From the NCBI GenBank assembly GCA_001687465.1, contig LVLI01000006.1, positions 62,001 through 126,000 on the forward strand: a stretch of 64,000 nucleotides of DNA, given 5' to 3'. Each line of letters opens with the position of its first letter. Position 1 is the first letter of the stretch. The notes beneath the pieces were generated by a model. That model had not been told where the DNA came from. It saw only the letters and a list, made by a program, of their open reading frames with translations, and did no database searches. Below, piece by piece: positions 24,466 through 37,607 of this stretch. This DNA is from Halocafeteria seosinensis. Lineage: Eukaryota. The translations under genes and the position numbers were made by a program.

Positions 24466-27156
24466 ATGTTTGGCAACACGCCTTTCGGAGGCCAGCCGAA
24501 TACAGGAGGTAGTGGTCTGTTTGGGAACCCCTCTCAGACACCTAATGCTCCTTCCGGAGGTGGTGGTGGTCTGTTTGGAAGCAATGCTGGGCCTCCTTCA
24601 GGAGGTGGAGGAGGGCTCTTTGGAGGAGGTCAGCCTCAGCAAAGTGGAGGACTTTTCGGTGGTGGTGGTGGTGGAGGACCTTTTGGGGGCCAGCAGCAGC
24701 AGCAACAGCCTCCCGCTAGTTCAGGTTTTGGTGGGGGCTTATTCGGAGGAGGAGGAGGCAACAATTTGCAGCAGCCCGCAGGAGGAGGAGGAGGAGGTCT
24801 TTTTGGAGGAAATACGAATACTCCAGCAAGTAGCGGATTCGGTGCTCCAAGTAATACAGGAGGAGGAGGTAAGTGCACGCACTCCCCGTACTCATAGTTT
24901 TCTCGAACTTGGATGTGCTGAATCTCTGCAGGCTTATTTGGAAGTGGTGGTAACACCGGAGGTGGATCATCGCTGTTTGGAGGTGGAGGCTCTACACTGG
25001 GAGGAGCCCCTCAAGGTCAACAGTCCCTTTGGGGTCAACCACAACAGCAACAAGCAGGTGGATTGGGAGGACTTGGTGGTAGCGGAGGAGGTGGCGGTGG
25101 TGTTTTTGGACAGCAACCATCCGCTGGAGGCGGCGGTGGTGGTCTCTTTGGATCACAACAGCCCCAGCAGGGCAGTGGTTTATTTGGAAATACCCAGCAG
25201 CCACCATCCAGTACAGGAGGACTGTTTGGAGGTGGTCAACCACAACAGCCACCAGGTGGAGGGGGTCTCTTCGGTGCCTCGGGTGCTCAAAGCCAGGCAG
25301 GTGCGAGTGGACTGTTTGGGGGTCAGCCTCAAAACACAAATGCAGGACCTTTCGGCCAGGCAAGTTCTGGCTTTGGAACTCAACCTTTTGGGCAACAGAA
25401 CCCTCAAAGCAGTTTTGGGGGTGGAGGTGGTGGTCCGTTTGGTGGTGGGACAAATCAGCAGTCTGCTCTGTTTGGCGGTGGTGGTGCACCCGCTGCGGCG
25501 AATAGTAAGTATTCGGTATTGCTTTTTGATGGATATTTTGTTGATTCGATAACGGCTTGAACAATGGCATATTGCAGCTGCTCCTGCTGCTGCTGCACCC
25601 GATGTGCTGGCTCCGTTGCCTGCGGGCGCGGATACTATCAATTGGTGAGTGGAGAACTTCCTCGTTCACTGGGGTTGTGCTACGTTTACGTCTGTTTTAC
25701 TGGTGCTCCCATTCGCAGTCTGAGCTGGAGTCCTAGCGGTCAATTTTTAGCCTGTACGTGATAATGGATTACTTTCATTATGCGCCCGCTTTTGCATCAC
25801 TTATTGTGTATCTGTTTGCAGGTGCTTCATGGGATCAGAAATGCTATGTCTTCCAAGTGTCGAACCAGGGCCAAAGCCCTCAGGCTCAATTGGTGCTCGA
25901 TTTAAATGTGAGTTGTTTGCATATTTGTGTCGCACAGTCCAGTTCAAAATTATTCCATTTTCTGTGTCGATCCAGTGTGAAGCCCCAGTGTTATATATTG
26001 ATTGGCATGCTGTAAGTGGCAAACTGCTGGGTTGTTTAAGTGAGATCAAGCAATATATTCTAAACTCTGACTGCAGGACGAAAGGAGTCTATTTACTGCG
26101 ACCGCTGAGGGTGTAGTGAAGCAGTGGCAACTTGCTTCAAAGTCCCCACAAGCGGTGGCCATGGTATGTCTCTACCCTATTCTGTTGACAATCCGTATGC
26201 GCTTTCATCTTACTTCTTCGTTGCAGCATGGCGCGCCCGTGATGTATTGCCAATGGCTAAAACAAAAAGGTGTACTAGTTACCGGATCCATGGATTGCAC
26301 TGTGAAATTTTGGAATTTACAATCTCAGCAACCCGTGACGACAATAAATCTTCCCGATAAAGTAGTCGCAATGGACATTAGAGACCCCCTAATGGTTGTG
26401 TGCATGCCGCGACGCGCAATACACCTGTTTAGCCTGGCCTCCAATAATCCTACAGAGCCGTTTCGTAGGATGGAAAGCCCTTTGAAGCTGAAAGCCCGGT
26501 GTTGCCGGGTTTTTCCCTCCTGTGAGGGTTTTGCCGTGGCTTCCGAAGAGGGAAGATGCGCAGTACGGTACGCTGAGCATGAACGTGACAATCGACCCAA
26601 GGTAAGCTACATCAGGGACGGAACAGCCTTGTTATTTAGTACCAAATTGTAACGTGCTCATACGTAACAGGGAGGAGGTTTCAACTTCAAATGCCATCGG
26701 GACGGAAACAGTATATATCCCGTCCACTCAGGTTCGTTTATATCCACGTTTACCATGATTGTCATACGCTTGATCATTTCTCTACGTCTTTCCTTACGCA
26801 GTTGACTGGCAAACGAACAATAATTATCCCGATATTCTGTTAACAGCCGGTGGTGATGGCACTTGGAATACATGGGACAAGGCCAAACTAGGTCGTGCGA
26901 GTGGCTCGAATAAGTTGTACGTATATTGTGGATAAATTAACTGCATCAAAACAAGTATTTGGACGACCTCTTCCAAAATTGCAGACCTTCGCCTGTCACT
27001 GCCGCACGCTTTAACCCCACCGGGGACTTATTTGCATACGCTCTTGGTTATGATTGGTCAAAGGGCGCTAATGGATATAATCCTCAAAGTCAACCTACAC
27101 AGGTGTTGCTTCATAAAGTTGTTCAGAAAGACCTCGTCGTTTCCAAGGCAAACTAG
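24466..27156 (+). CDS. RAE1: mRNA export factor Rae1/Gle2 (WD40) with a long N-terminal GLFG-repeat domain, multi-exon
   Basis: DTINCLSWSP, ASWD, LVTGSMDCTVKFW, MESPLK, GFAVASEEGR, FNFKCHR, FAYALGYDWSKG; preceded in frame by ~325 aa of FG repeats. Confidence 0.88.
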
Positions 27157-27323
27157 TGATAAATGGGGAACTAACTTGTAGGCAGAACAGACTACAGGAA
27201 ATAAATGAATAAATAGTAACGTTCCTTAAAGGAGTAAATGATGCTGAATATTTGCTACACTGGTCTGTTTGTATACCAAGTAATACTGGCAAGTATTCAT
27301 TAACACCACTTTGAGATAGAGCG

Positions 27324-28692
27324 TCACTTTTCGGGAAGTTCCACTGTTACATGCTCCTCTTCTGGTGGGTGAGCTCCCGTGTTCTCATAACTGCTTGGTC
27401 CCTGCAGCAAAGTCTTTACCTTGCGAATATCAACGTCAAAGAAACGACTGCGCCACCCGTCAAATGAGCAACCATGTTAATAACCGCCACACCATGTACA
27501 TTACGTACCACGCATTTTCAAACGAATTCCTTGCAAGACTGACGCATTCTTCATAAAAACTGTGTGAGTGTTTTTCGGCTATCTCCAGGCTTTCACCTGT
27601 AGCAAAAGGACTTCTCAAACGAGCAACGAGATCCAAGACAACTCGGCAAGAGGCCGGCTCGTTTAGCCTGCTGTCTGGGAAAAGCGGATTCCGGGGAAGT
27701 TGATCAGGACTATCTGACTCTATCAGCAGTTTTTCAATGGGTGCCACCGATACACTTTCCCTTGCTTTTTTGTGATTTTCGTTGGATATTGACCCTGTAA
27801 CATCTCCACACACGTCAATACGGCGAGAAACTAACAACTTATCAGCATGCCACACCTGAAAAACTATAGAACACCTCCACTCCTTCCAGACGATCAAAAG
27901 CTTGCATCATTTCAGTTCCTCCAGAGTAACTATGCAGCAATACTTTTGGTGGTTTGTATTTTTTCAGAGCCTCTAAAAGTTTGCCATATGCTTTGACGCA
28001 ATGTATGCTAACCGGGCGCTTCATTTCAGCTGCTAGTTCCAGTTGCTGCTCAAATATATCCATTTGCTTCTCCATATCGGCCTGCATCGAAGTATTTTAA
28101 CGTTGTTAAGTATCATTCCAGGGAAATGTAACAGAGGAATATGTGCAAGGTGACGTACACATCCAGAAGCGTGGTGGATTCCAATCTCCCCAACTCCAGC
28201 GTACGGGTGAGCAAGCAGCAGCTGCTCCAGAAACTCCTTCCAGTTGAGCCCATCGTCTTCATCCTTAAATTCTAGTGCCTCCTCCACCTTGTACGGATGA
28301 ACACCAAAGGATGGAATCAACAAGGGTGCATCACATTCAATGTATGGTAAAACCGAGTTGCTGGCGACGTTGGAAGCCTGAGCACTCGACATTTTCTCAT
28401 CCTCTTTGAGCTTCCTCAATGGATTTGTATCCCCGTGGTGAGCATCATGGTCAACAAAATGCGTGTGCCATAGATCTGGTAGACTGCTAAATCCGGCCAC
28501 CCTTTCCCAATCGTTAGGAGTCGTTCCATTGATGGCAATGCATCCCACGCCGAGTTTTCCAGCGTTGCCTAAGATCTCATCAATGTACGACGAGCAGCGG
28601 TCGTCCTGAATATGACTGTGAGCATCGAACAGGATCAGACCAGCCTCTGTGGGCCTGGACTTGGTAGATGGGGACGAAGAATCGCTTGCCAT
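27324..28692 (-). CDS. TatD-family DNase, multi-exon (ends approximate; an upstream start is possible)
   Basis: FDAHSH, FGVHP, VGEIGI, QLELA...PVSIHCVKA, LHSYSG, LLIESDSPD, NEP motifs. Confidence 0.88.
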
Positions 28693-30052
28693 CCTCTTTC
28701 GAATTTCGCGTCCTAGTCGCCGTGGAATTGTTCGACAGATGCAGCTGAATCCAAGTTGACAGGTTAGCATGCACTCGCTCGTTCTGAATAGAGACAACAC
28801 AGAAAATTAATATCAACAATCATGGAAATGCGGTGGTGGTACCCAACACCCTTGGTCACGCGTAAATCATGACACACATGGGGCAGCCTTGAAGTTGGCA
28901 AATGCAGGATGCGGGACGGTGCAAACTTCTACTGTAGTACGAGCAACACATCGTAATACACACGATAAATACGAGAAGACTTGTAATTCATTCAGTTTAT
29001 AAGAAATGCAGGGGTTGGTATGCAGCGTATTGCAATTTGCAGTGCACCACTCGTGTCAATCAACCAATCAGCGAAGCGATCATCGTTAGTCAGTGTAATG
29101 GTCAGTGTCCGAAACCACTTGCACCACATGTTTTTATCTACCTATTTACAGGATGTTTACAATCCCAAGTTTCTCTAACACGGACTCCTTTACAAGAGTT
29201 ATCTCATCGCCGCTAACTCTGATCGCCTTGTCGAGGTCCAATAACATCGCAGTGAGAATCCCGTTCTGGAGATAATACCCTACGCGACGCCAACAGAGCT
29301 CATCGTGTCTCCAACCTCTCTCGACAGAACGACAGATTGCAGTTCTCAATGCCCTCTGCTGTTCGAGGGTACGCGTATCTTCCGAGTTTTGGGAAATATA
29401 CGGCATCACGATAACCCAAGAGCCAGTCACAATTTCCGCACGACGACGCCTTGACCGACTTTGTTGGTTGGTTGAGCCTCATTCCAGCATTCCGCTTCAC
29501 GCCTCATTGCTATATCAGTTTGATCCAATCCTGGGCCTGTAGAGCGGAGTACACTCTTGTTACCAGAATTTTAGGGCGCCACCTCAAGTCGTCGCGATAC
29601 TACTTCTCGTTCGCCGTGGTGACCCAAGATAAAGCTTTAAAAGATAATAGGAAGTACTCAGTCGGTGTGGTATCTTCGGTAACCACGAAAATTGCTCTCT
29701 GACATTGGAAAAGTCTACCTACTTCCAGGACTCTATCGCAACGAGAACCACGGCTACTTGACTGGAATACTTATTCTCACTGCGAGTATTTTGCGTAAGA
29801 CTGAACCCAGGAAGACGAGGAGCTCTACGGAACAACGACGAGCTGCAAGTAGTCAGTGAGTAGTAGTACCTTTCTGCATTCAATGTGAGGTCTGACCAAA
29901 CGTTATGGGTAGGCACGAAGATGAGTTTCTGCATGCCCCACTACGGTTGTATTGTACCCCACGGTTGCTCTACAACCATCTCCGCAACAGCTAGGGTTTG
30001 TCTCGGCAGACCAGTGCGAGAGCACCCTCCATGAATATATATGGTATATGTT

Positions 30053-30053
<1 letters not shown>

Positions 30054-30089
<36 letters not shown>
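30054..30089. repeat. (CA)n microsatellite, about 18 units
   Basis: Directly visible. Confidence 0.95.
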
Positions 30090-30092
<3 letters not shown>

Positions 30093-30382
30093 GCCAGCTA
30101 GCCCACCGTCCGGGACGGGAAAATGATCGCGTCCCATGGGTCACGGCTCGGATCTTCACAGAGGTAGATGGCTGACGTCACTAGGCTCCTCCATACTCCA
30201 GTGACAACTGTATCATTGATATTCTGATCATACGCGGCTATCTTTGTTGGTTGCGTGGATACGAGGGCGTCAGAATTGAATGGATGAAGACGCCTAGAAA
30301 ACGTAGTGAATCTAAACGTCGTCCACGCCACTCGACTCAACCTACAACACAACCCCAAAATAGCACCGAAGATCGTCCTAAA

Positions 30383-31175
30383 ATGGCAGCTGCACCGGAT
30401 GCGAATACAATGATCGCCATTGGTGCGGTATTGGCCTGTTATCTGTGGTGGTGGATGGCTCTGGCAGTCATGCGGCACCAACAGTTTTCGAATTGTAAGT
30501 CATAATCAACTGTCTGCTGACCTCGGTCCATACCACACATACGTAAGCCTCGCATTCTATGTCGCTTCAATGGAATCGGGGCTGACATAGAATGGTGTGG
30601 GACCCACAGATGAAGTAACGGAAGATGGCGTCCGGAGACGTATGTTGAGTTTGCGTGAACCCTTTCGGGAGCCTCAGGTCCTTCACTGTTGATGCCTTTC
30701 TCATCATCATTCTTCCTTCCTCTTTGTGCTGCAGCTCTATACGATGGTGATGATCCTAAGAAATCTAAAGAAATGACGGTATGTCGGTGTTTTTTCATCT
30801 GCTGAGTCAGCTATGCTTTCGATACTGACTTCCGCTGAAAAGGCAGACGGGGTTAGGGAAGCGAGCCGCCAACACAATGGACAACCACGCTGAGCAATTT
30901 CAGTTTTTTGCTGCCGCCGTGATACTAAATCTGATCGTCAGAGGGCCGCAAAATGGAAGCCAAGCTGTAAGTGCATGGGTAGGTTTCGAAGCATGGGACT
31001 GATGGATGAAACTCGTTCCTTGCAGGTTGCTGTCGTATCCGTTTTACATGCCGTGTTCCGATTTTTCCACGCCATATTCTATTTCACTGGAGCCGCACCT
31101 CTTCGATCAACTGTATTTATCCTTGGATTTCTTTGCAACTTTATTTTATATGGATTTGCCTTCGCTGGCCAATGA
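30383..31175 (+). CDS. MAPEG-family membrane protein, multi-exon
   Basis: N-terminal TM; NTMDNHAEQFQFFAAAVIL; FRFFHAIFY...LRSTVFILG pattern. Confidence 0.7.
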
Positions 31176-31853
31176 ACGCTGAGCAAAGGCAGTGTTACAC
31201 TTATAAAACTGGCCCATAACCCACGCTTTTGTGGCACACTAAGGTCGCAGTAACGCCAAGTCTTGGTAGAGTGTTTTCGACTTGTCCCTCGTGGTGGCGT
31301 CGTGGAGATTAAGAGACTGGTATAGAATTACCACGTATGGAATGAATCGGCTGTGATATTTCCTTTCTGAATGATGACCGACTTGACAACCACTTGAAAA
31401 TGATCACATGTCATCTAAGTACGAATTAAAGTAATCCAGAGGCGCAGTCTTCAGTTTTCGTTTGTTGTGTGCCCTCCAAATCCTACGTGCCATTTCCAAC
31501 CACACGGATTACACAGACTGTAACACAGTTGCTCCCTTATAAAACTTGGGTCTCCTTCTACATACAATCTTCTAGTTGACAAGAGCCGGAAAGTACGCAC
31601 AGATGGTTGTTTCAGTCTCTTCATCGTCTTCACACGGGCGTGGGGGCGTGGGCCACAGCCGCGTTGGTCTTCGCCAACGTCTTCACTTTGGACTCTTCAA
31701 GCTAACGTCATGGCTGTGAAGGTGTTTCGCTCCACAGAAACATGTCCAACACATTGAATACATTGGGATGATGATGGGAATGTCACTTTCCACGAGAAGA
31801 TGCGCCTGTGACTGTACTATAGTCTCTGTGACATCGTACTAAAAGGAGGGGCC

Positions 31854-33968
31854 ATGGAATCCCATGGCAGCCGGTATAACTCCACCCCGATATCGAAGGC
31901 CTCTCCAATCAAGGCTGCCAACGCGGAGATCGACAAGCGCAGCAGCACACGGAGGAGAAAATGGTCTCCCGCTCTAGGAGACAAAGTGCAGACAACGGAT
32001 GGACTCGTTAAAGGAGTAAGTGAGCCCAAGCCAGGACTCTCCTCAATCCCCTGGATCTACTCTCGACGTGTATGTGTGCAGACTGTACGATGGAAGGGAA
32101 AGCCAAACTATGTGTCGCAATTCTTGGTTGGTATAGAAACAGATCAAAAGCTTCCAAATAATGAAAACGACGGCGTTTACAAAGGGAAGCGGCATTTCAC
32201 TGCAACGCGGAAGGGAGCTGCAGTGTTTCTCCCTCTGGCCAGAATAACCTCATGGAAAGAGGAGGAATCCCCTCGTGTCATGGCACAACAAGATGTATCT
32301 CAGCGTAATCCCGTTCATAATAGTTGGAGAAAAGAGGAAAATAAGCAGGCTTCACCGGTACTCTTCTCGACCACGGGTAAGCATGTCCACTGGAGTCCCG
32401 AATCACTCAAGGAGACGCTTGACAAGTGCCAAGTGTCTACATCGGAAATTTTGGAGAGTTTGCGTACGGCTGAATCCGAAGAGTACCCCAAGTCTAAGAA
32501 TACGAGCTACAAGCCATGGACGACGGGTCCGGCAGAACCGGTGGGCGAAGACGTCCCTCGGGGAGATATGGGCTCAAACAACTCACCAGTAGGCCGCATA
32601 CAAGAGACGGAGGAGCATTTAGCCAAGGAAGCAAAGCGGCGAATAAACCGACTTTCTTCTTTCGAGAGCAGTAAACTAGAGCAACGATCGAGCGCAATTG
32701 CAAAGCAATGTGATTTGCTTCTTAACCGACTGAACAAGATGTCGAGCAATGCAACCTTGTCTGGATCGAGACGCAAGAATTCCCCGCAAGATCAACACGG
32801 CTCCGCTTCTAATAACGCTGGCAACACATATAACATTCATACCAAGCGCAGTACTCCCGTCGCAAATGGAAGACGGGTACAAACTCCTCCATCGACTGTG
32901 TCGAGTGGGAGTCGCGAACAGTCTCCTCCTCAGAGCATTACGACACAAAAACACGAGCCAGCAAGTCTATCTTCATCCCCAGGTACATTCAAACGTGCCC
33001 CTGACAGCGAGTGTGGAAATAGCAAAGGGCTTACGTGGGAAGAGGAGTGTCCCGAAGCATCCTACTCCTCAAGAGAACGGCGCGACCAAGAGAGAGGCGG
33101 TGAGGGTACATCTTCTGGGCGCTCGACCTCTGCCTCCTCTTTGCATGGATTTCACGGGAAACAGAGCGTACCGGACGAATATGAGCTGCGAAAGGCGCAA
33201 GGTAAGAAAGCGGTAATTGGATCTATTCATAATATAGAGGAGGACTGGGTTAGTATGGAGGAAGTTCTTGAGCTACGACGGTTGGCGACTCATCGTTTGG
33301 AGGCACTCAATAAAGTAGTTGAAGAGCGAGACTCACTAAAAGAGCAGCTTAGATCGAAGGACATCGAACTAGATAAGGCGAAAAAGGAAATCCACGAAGA
33401 CGTGAGCATGTTGAAGCGTCAACTTAACAGCTTGAAAACAGAATTGCAAGACCTAAGGGAGGAAAGAAATTCATTGAAAGCCAAGAACCAAGCCATGAGT
33501 AGGGCACTGCATTTATTACAGGAGAAACAAGCGACATACTCTTCACCGCCGAACTCAACTCGAAATCGTGAACGATTCGAGACAGACCGTTTCACGGATT
33601 ATAGCTACAATCAAGCGTCCCCTCGGTCGCGTACAATGAATAGTTTCAGACAGCGCGCGAATGAACGTGATAATTATAACGTTCGTACTACGACCTCTCC
33701 AAAGGGCGATCTGGTACGACGCATAGCTGCGCTATATTCCGGTGCACCGCAGGACAGGTCCCCCGCGACCAACCAGGACAGTCCAAGGAGAAGTCTTAAT
33801 CGCAATCATCAAGATTCGAATCCAAACGCGGATCATACATCGTCACCAACAGTTACAAACAAAGCTGTTGGCAGGAGGAAGAATACGGAAGAGGATGGGA
33901 TAGAGTATTTGAATCCTCAGTTGGTGTTACGAGCGTTAGACGATTACAGTTCCAGTGGTACAGAGTGA
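31854..33968 (+). CDS. CAP-Gly domain protein with C-terminal coiled coil
   Basis: VRWKG...VGIETD...ENDGVYKGKRHF...AVFL; heptad-rich segment toward the C-terminus; a short in-frame intron near 32016 is possible. Confidence 0.8.
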   Translation: MESHGSRYNSTPISKASPIKAANAEIDKRSSTRRRKWSPALGDKVQTTDGLVKGVSEPKPGLSSIPWIYSRRVCVQTVRWKGKPNYVSQFLVGIETDQKLPNNENDGVYKGKRHFTATRKGAAVFLPLARITSWKEEESPRVMAQQDVSQRNPVHNSWRKEENKQASPVLFSTTGKHVHWSPESLKETLDKCQVSTSEILESLRTAESEEYPKSKNTSYKPWTTGPAEPVGEDVPRGDMGSNNSPVGRIQETEEHLAKEAKRRINRLSSFESSKLEQRSSAIAKQCDLLLNRLNKMSSNATLSGSRRKNSPQDQHGSASNNAGNTYNIHTKRSTPVANGRRVQTPPSTVSSGSREQSPPQSITTQKHEPASLSSSPGTFKRAPDSECGNSKGLTWEEECPEASYSSRERRDQERGGEGTSSGRSTSASSLHGFHGKQSVPDEYELRKAQGKKAVIGSIHNIEEDWVSMEEVLELRRLATHRLEALNKVVEERDSLKEQLRSKDIELDKAKKEIHEDVSMLKRQLNSLKTELQDLREERNSLKAKNQAMSRALHLLQEKQATYSSPPNSTRNRERFETDRFTDYSYNQASPRSRTMNSFRQRANERDNYNVRTTTSPKGDLVRRIAALYSGAPQDRSPATNQDSPRRSLNRNHQDSNPNADHTSSPTVTNKAVGRRKNTEEDGIEYLNPQLVLRALDDYSSSGTE

Positions 33969-34064
33969 GATCAAATTCAGGTGAATTGTAAATATTAAGC
34001 AATGCTTGTTGTTGAATCTTCACTAAAATAAAAAATTAATAAAAAACTACCTCGTTTTGACAGA

Positions 34065-35065
34065 ATGAATACTAGAGTATCGGTAACACTTGTCTTGGGG
34101 ACAACGCTCACCTTGTTAACTCTGAATGGTGTGGAATCCGGACCTCCCGATGGACCCGACGAAGCCTTACAATATATTCGAACCAGTTTAAATCCACTTC
34201 TGGAGGATAATAGAGGGCAAAGAACCTCAGGTCTCCTCGTGGGTGGTTCGCGAGCACAGGTATGCGTCGGTACATGAAGATAATGCAGCCGGAACCAGTA
34301 CTGAGGTGTTGTGATGCAGATTGAACATTTTCGGACGCGTTTAGAGGGTGAATACGGAGTTCAAGGAGTAGACATCAATGTATTGGTAAGGCAACGAGTA
34401 GCCGCGCCCTAGGAGAGGGGAAACTTTATGTACATACACGATGATTTTGAATCTGTCAGGGACAAGACCGAGGAACCGAGTACAAAACATGGGTGAAAAA
34501 CAATGTAGATGCCATCTGTCACAAGCGGTGGAATTGGGGAAAGCTTATAGGAGGCTGTTGCGAAGGGAGAAATCTCAGTCGAACCCGTATTGTATTTGTG
34601 CAGTTAGATGAGACTCTTGCCTCAGAACGGGTTCAGAGACTGAACCTGGTGCATAACCTTTTGGATGAAGATGCCACGACACTGGATTATTTGTCCGGAG
34701 AACCTGTTTCGTACTGTTCGCGTAAGCTCGCAAACACTCTTGTAGTTGTGTTACTGGACGTGGGAGGTGGTAGAGGTGGGGATGTACGCGAACAGTTCAA
34801 GTCGTTAATCCAAGAGAGGGTTCCCACAAGAACGCCTGCCGTAGTTACCCCGGCAGCACTAGCTGGGCGACTCCAAAGTGCAATCTTATTGCGTGACTCT
34901 CCCCCAAAATATTCTCACGATAGTGGCTTACAAAGTTTTGGGCCTGTGGATGTCTTCCATTCCAGGGAGCAACCGATACCTTGCTATGCTTGCTTCATGT
35001 TAGTGGCAATCTGCACGTTTAGTCCTTTCATTATGGCCGTATTTACTAAGTTCCATAATGAGTAG
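34065..35065 (+). CDS. Hypothetical type I membrane protein, multi-exon
   Basis: Signal peptide MNTRVSVTLVLGTTLTLLTLNG; GT-AG introns; C-terminal hydrophobic stretch CFMLVAICTFSPFIMAVF. Confidence 0.55.
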
Positions 35066-35471
35066 CCAAGCAGACTGCTTGCAGCCTGGTGAAGTTTACT
35101 TTGACTCGGGAAGAGAAAAGAACGAGAATTCCACCATGAAAAACAAGATCAAGATGCTGCTATATCGTTAATCTGTATATTATACGAATATGGAGCAGGC
35201 AGCGGAATCGATGTCAGTAACTATTTGAGGAGGGTGTGCCTAACTGGTCTTTGCCAACCTGCCCTATTCTTCACAACTCAACATCATTGATGTATACACT
35301 GCATGCTTTGTAGAAACTGCGGACACCCACCACCACCGAAGCTTCGCAGGGTAAGGCAATGATAGTCTACAGAGTAATATCACAGGGGGCCTCAAAATCA
35401 GATGTCTGTAGCGACCACACTCCCATAACGCCTTCATTAGATTGCGTCAGAGCTTTCCATAACAGCGGGAG

Positions 35472-37545
35472 TTCAGCCAAAAATCTCTGCACGCGGCCGG
35501 AATACCTGTAAAGAGCAGCAGAATGTAGGTTAAAGAGCTTAGCGTCAACATCAATGACTGTAACGTACATGCAAAGTGCTGCCTCCAAGTTTGGTGGGAT
35601 CTTCGGCATCATCTGAAAGACTAATCATCAAAGGGAAATCCCATGATAACGGACTCCATTGCACGTCCACAACTAGTGGAGAACGGTGACCTTCGTGGAC
35701 GAACAGTAACTCTGATGGCCGACTCAGATATGGATCACTATTATCATTTGCGATTCGTTCTTCCACTGCGTTTTGTCGTTGACTAATATCCTTAAACGGA
35801 ACCCTTTCGCCCTTTGGCCCTTTCGTTTGGTTAACGTCCCAGACTGCAATTCGACCATCTTCAGCGGCACTGAGGAATACTCCCGGTATGGTAGGATTCC
35901 AAGAAACGTTGATAACGTCGCCAATGTGAAAGGGCAGAGTCTTAATCACACATGAGGCTTCCGAGGCATCCCCATTTGCCGTCTCGCTACCATTACTCAT
36001 CTTTCTGACGTCATGTATCTTTATCAGGTGGTCGGAGGACCCTGTTAGAATATAGTTATTATTGAACATTCCCCAATCCACGCAATTTATATCCTCTGCA
36101 TGAACATTGTATCCTCCACAAACGGATTTAGTGCCTGATCGACTGTCCCACACCAGAAGAGACTTGTCGCGTCCTGCGCTACAGAATATCCGAGAAGCAA
36201 TCCGTGCATCGGCATTTCCTATCTGTGGCATAGTTTGGTCTACGTTTAACGAGCGCGCACAATCCTCGGTAACTGTAGATGCGATAGTTTCTGGCTTGAA
36301 GGAAACGTCCTCCACGAATCCTGTGTGGCCTTTGAAGATCCCTCGAGGGGATAGGGTGGGTGCATTAATTACAGATCCTTCGGAACCGGGAGGGTGTAGA
36401 GTACCTCTTTGAATTCCTTCGGCACATTCATTTAGGTTTACATCGGGAATATCCTGGTGACAAACGAAGGATCCTTTCTTTTGACGCTTCGAACTACTTG
36501 ATGAGGACGACGCCGAGGAGGTCACGTTTGAGGTATGGTCCAAGTCCGCGACGTTCCAGAGTATAACATTCTTGTCTTGACCCCCAGAGAGTAGTTGGTA
36601 AGAAAACTTGTCTAAGTCCATGGCAAACGTCGCATCGCCCTCATGTCCTACTAATCTGAAAAAGAGTACAAACGGATTAGGTATGACATAGCGCTCTTCC
36701 AGCGTGAACTGGGATGACTTACACAGCATCAGGAACGTTGACCTTGACTTGGCTACCACTTTGGGCCCCTATAGTCCCTGTATGTCTTTGAGACACAATA
36801 TTCCAGACATAAACATATGGCGAGTCCGCATGGGTGGCACAAAACCGCGGATCGCAAGGAAAGCATCTGGAGATACGTCCGGTGTGTACCGTATAGAGCA
36901 CAGTTCCTGGGGTAATTCACCATCCCCATCCTTACCTAACTCGATTCACCTCCCCGGGGTGTATAATTCGTTTCTCTAAAGTCAAACGATCCGAGATCGA
37001 TGTATCACTCACCGCCGCTGTATCCTCAGCAAAACCACCACGATTACCAGAGTACAATGACAAATGATCTACTCTCACCGTTGCCGTACTAAACAAGTGT
37101 GAAATGCACTTACACAAGTCATCCATATCTGTACTGTGTCTTCGGGGTACTCTGAACCGACTTATAGTTAAGCAACTGGGAGCTCCAGTCCAGCATCCTT
37201 CCTCTTGGTCATAGGTGGCATCTGCATTCCAGGAACCGGATGACGGTAAGGGAAGGACGCTTCCGTGGGAGCCTGCAGCTTACCTGTACGAGGAGCATAG
37301 AGAAACCTTTGGTAATAATTCTCCTGATTATCCGTGACTCCAGGGGAAGGTTCCCAGATAGCTGGTCCAAACGCGGCGCTCAGTGTTCCCCAGCTGAAGT
37401 GGCTTGGACATAAAGTGTCGTACAACAGGGGGACATGTGTCTTCCACTTATCGTATCGTCCGCCTTCTGTAGGGTCATAAAAAGGCACCGTCATCACGGG
37501 GCCTCCTCCTCCTGCAGGGGCTGCATTGGAGCCATTTTGCGTCAT
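35472..37545 (-). CDS. Histone-binding WD40 protein of the RBBP4/MSI family, multi-exon
   Basis: YDKWKTHVPLLYD, IIHPGEVNRVR, GHTGFVEDVSF, AHAEDINCVDW-like, ELLFVHEGHR; final exon VFRPRAEIFG*. Confidence 0.88.
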
Positions 37546-37607
37546 TGTATCACTGATTCACTCCCAATTCGGATTGATTTTTATACATCATACACATAGA
37601 TGAAAAA

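Noticed and set aside
24466..25504. Calling the GLFG region a separate Nup98 gene
   Set aside because: No GLEBS or autoproteolytic domain recognised, and it splices directly into the WD40 domain
24470..25669. Long alternative-frame and antisense ORFs over the FG repeats (360, 225, 153, 106 aa)
   Set aside because: Shadow frames of GGN/CAG-rich codons; only the GLFG frame splices into Rae1
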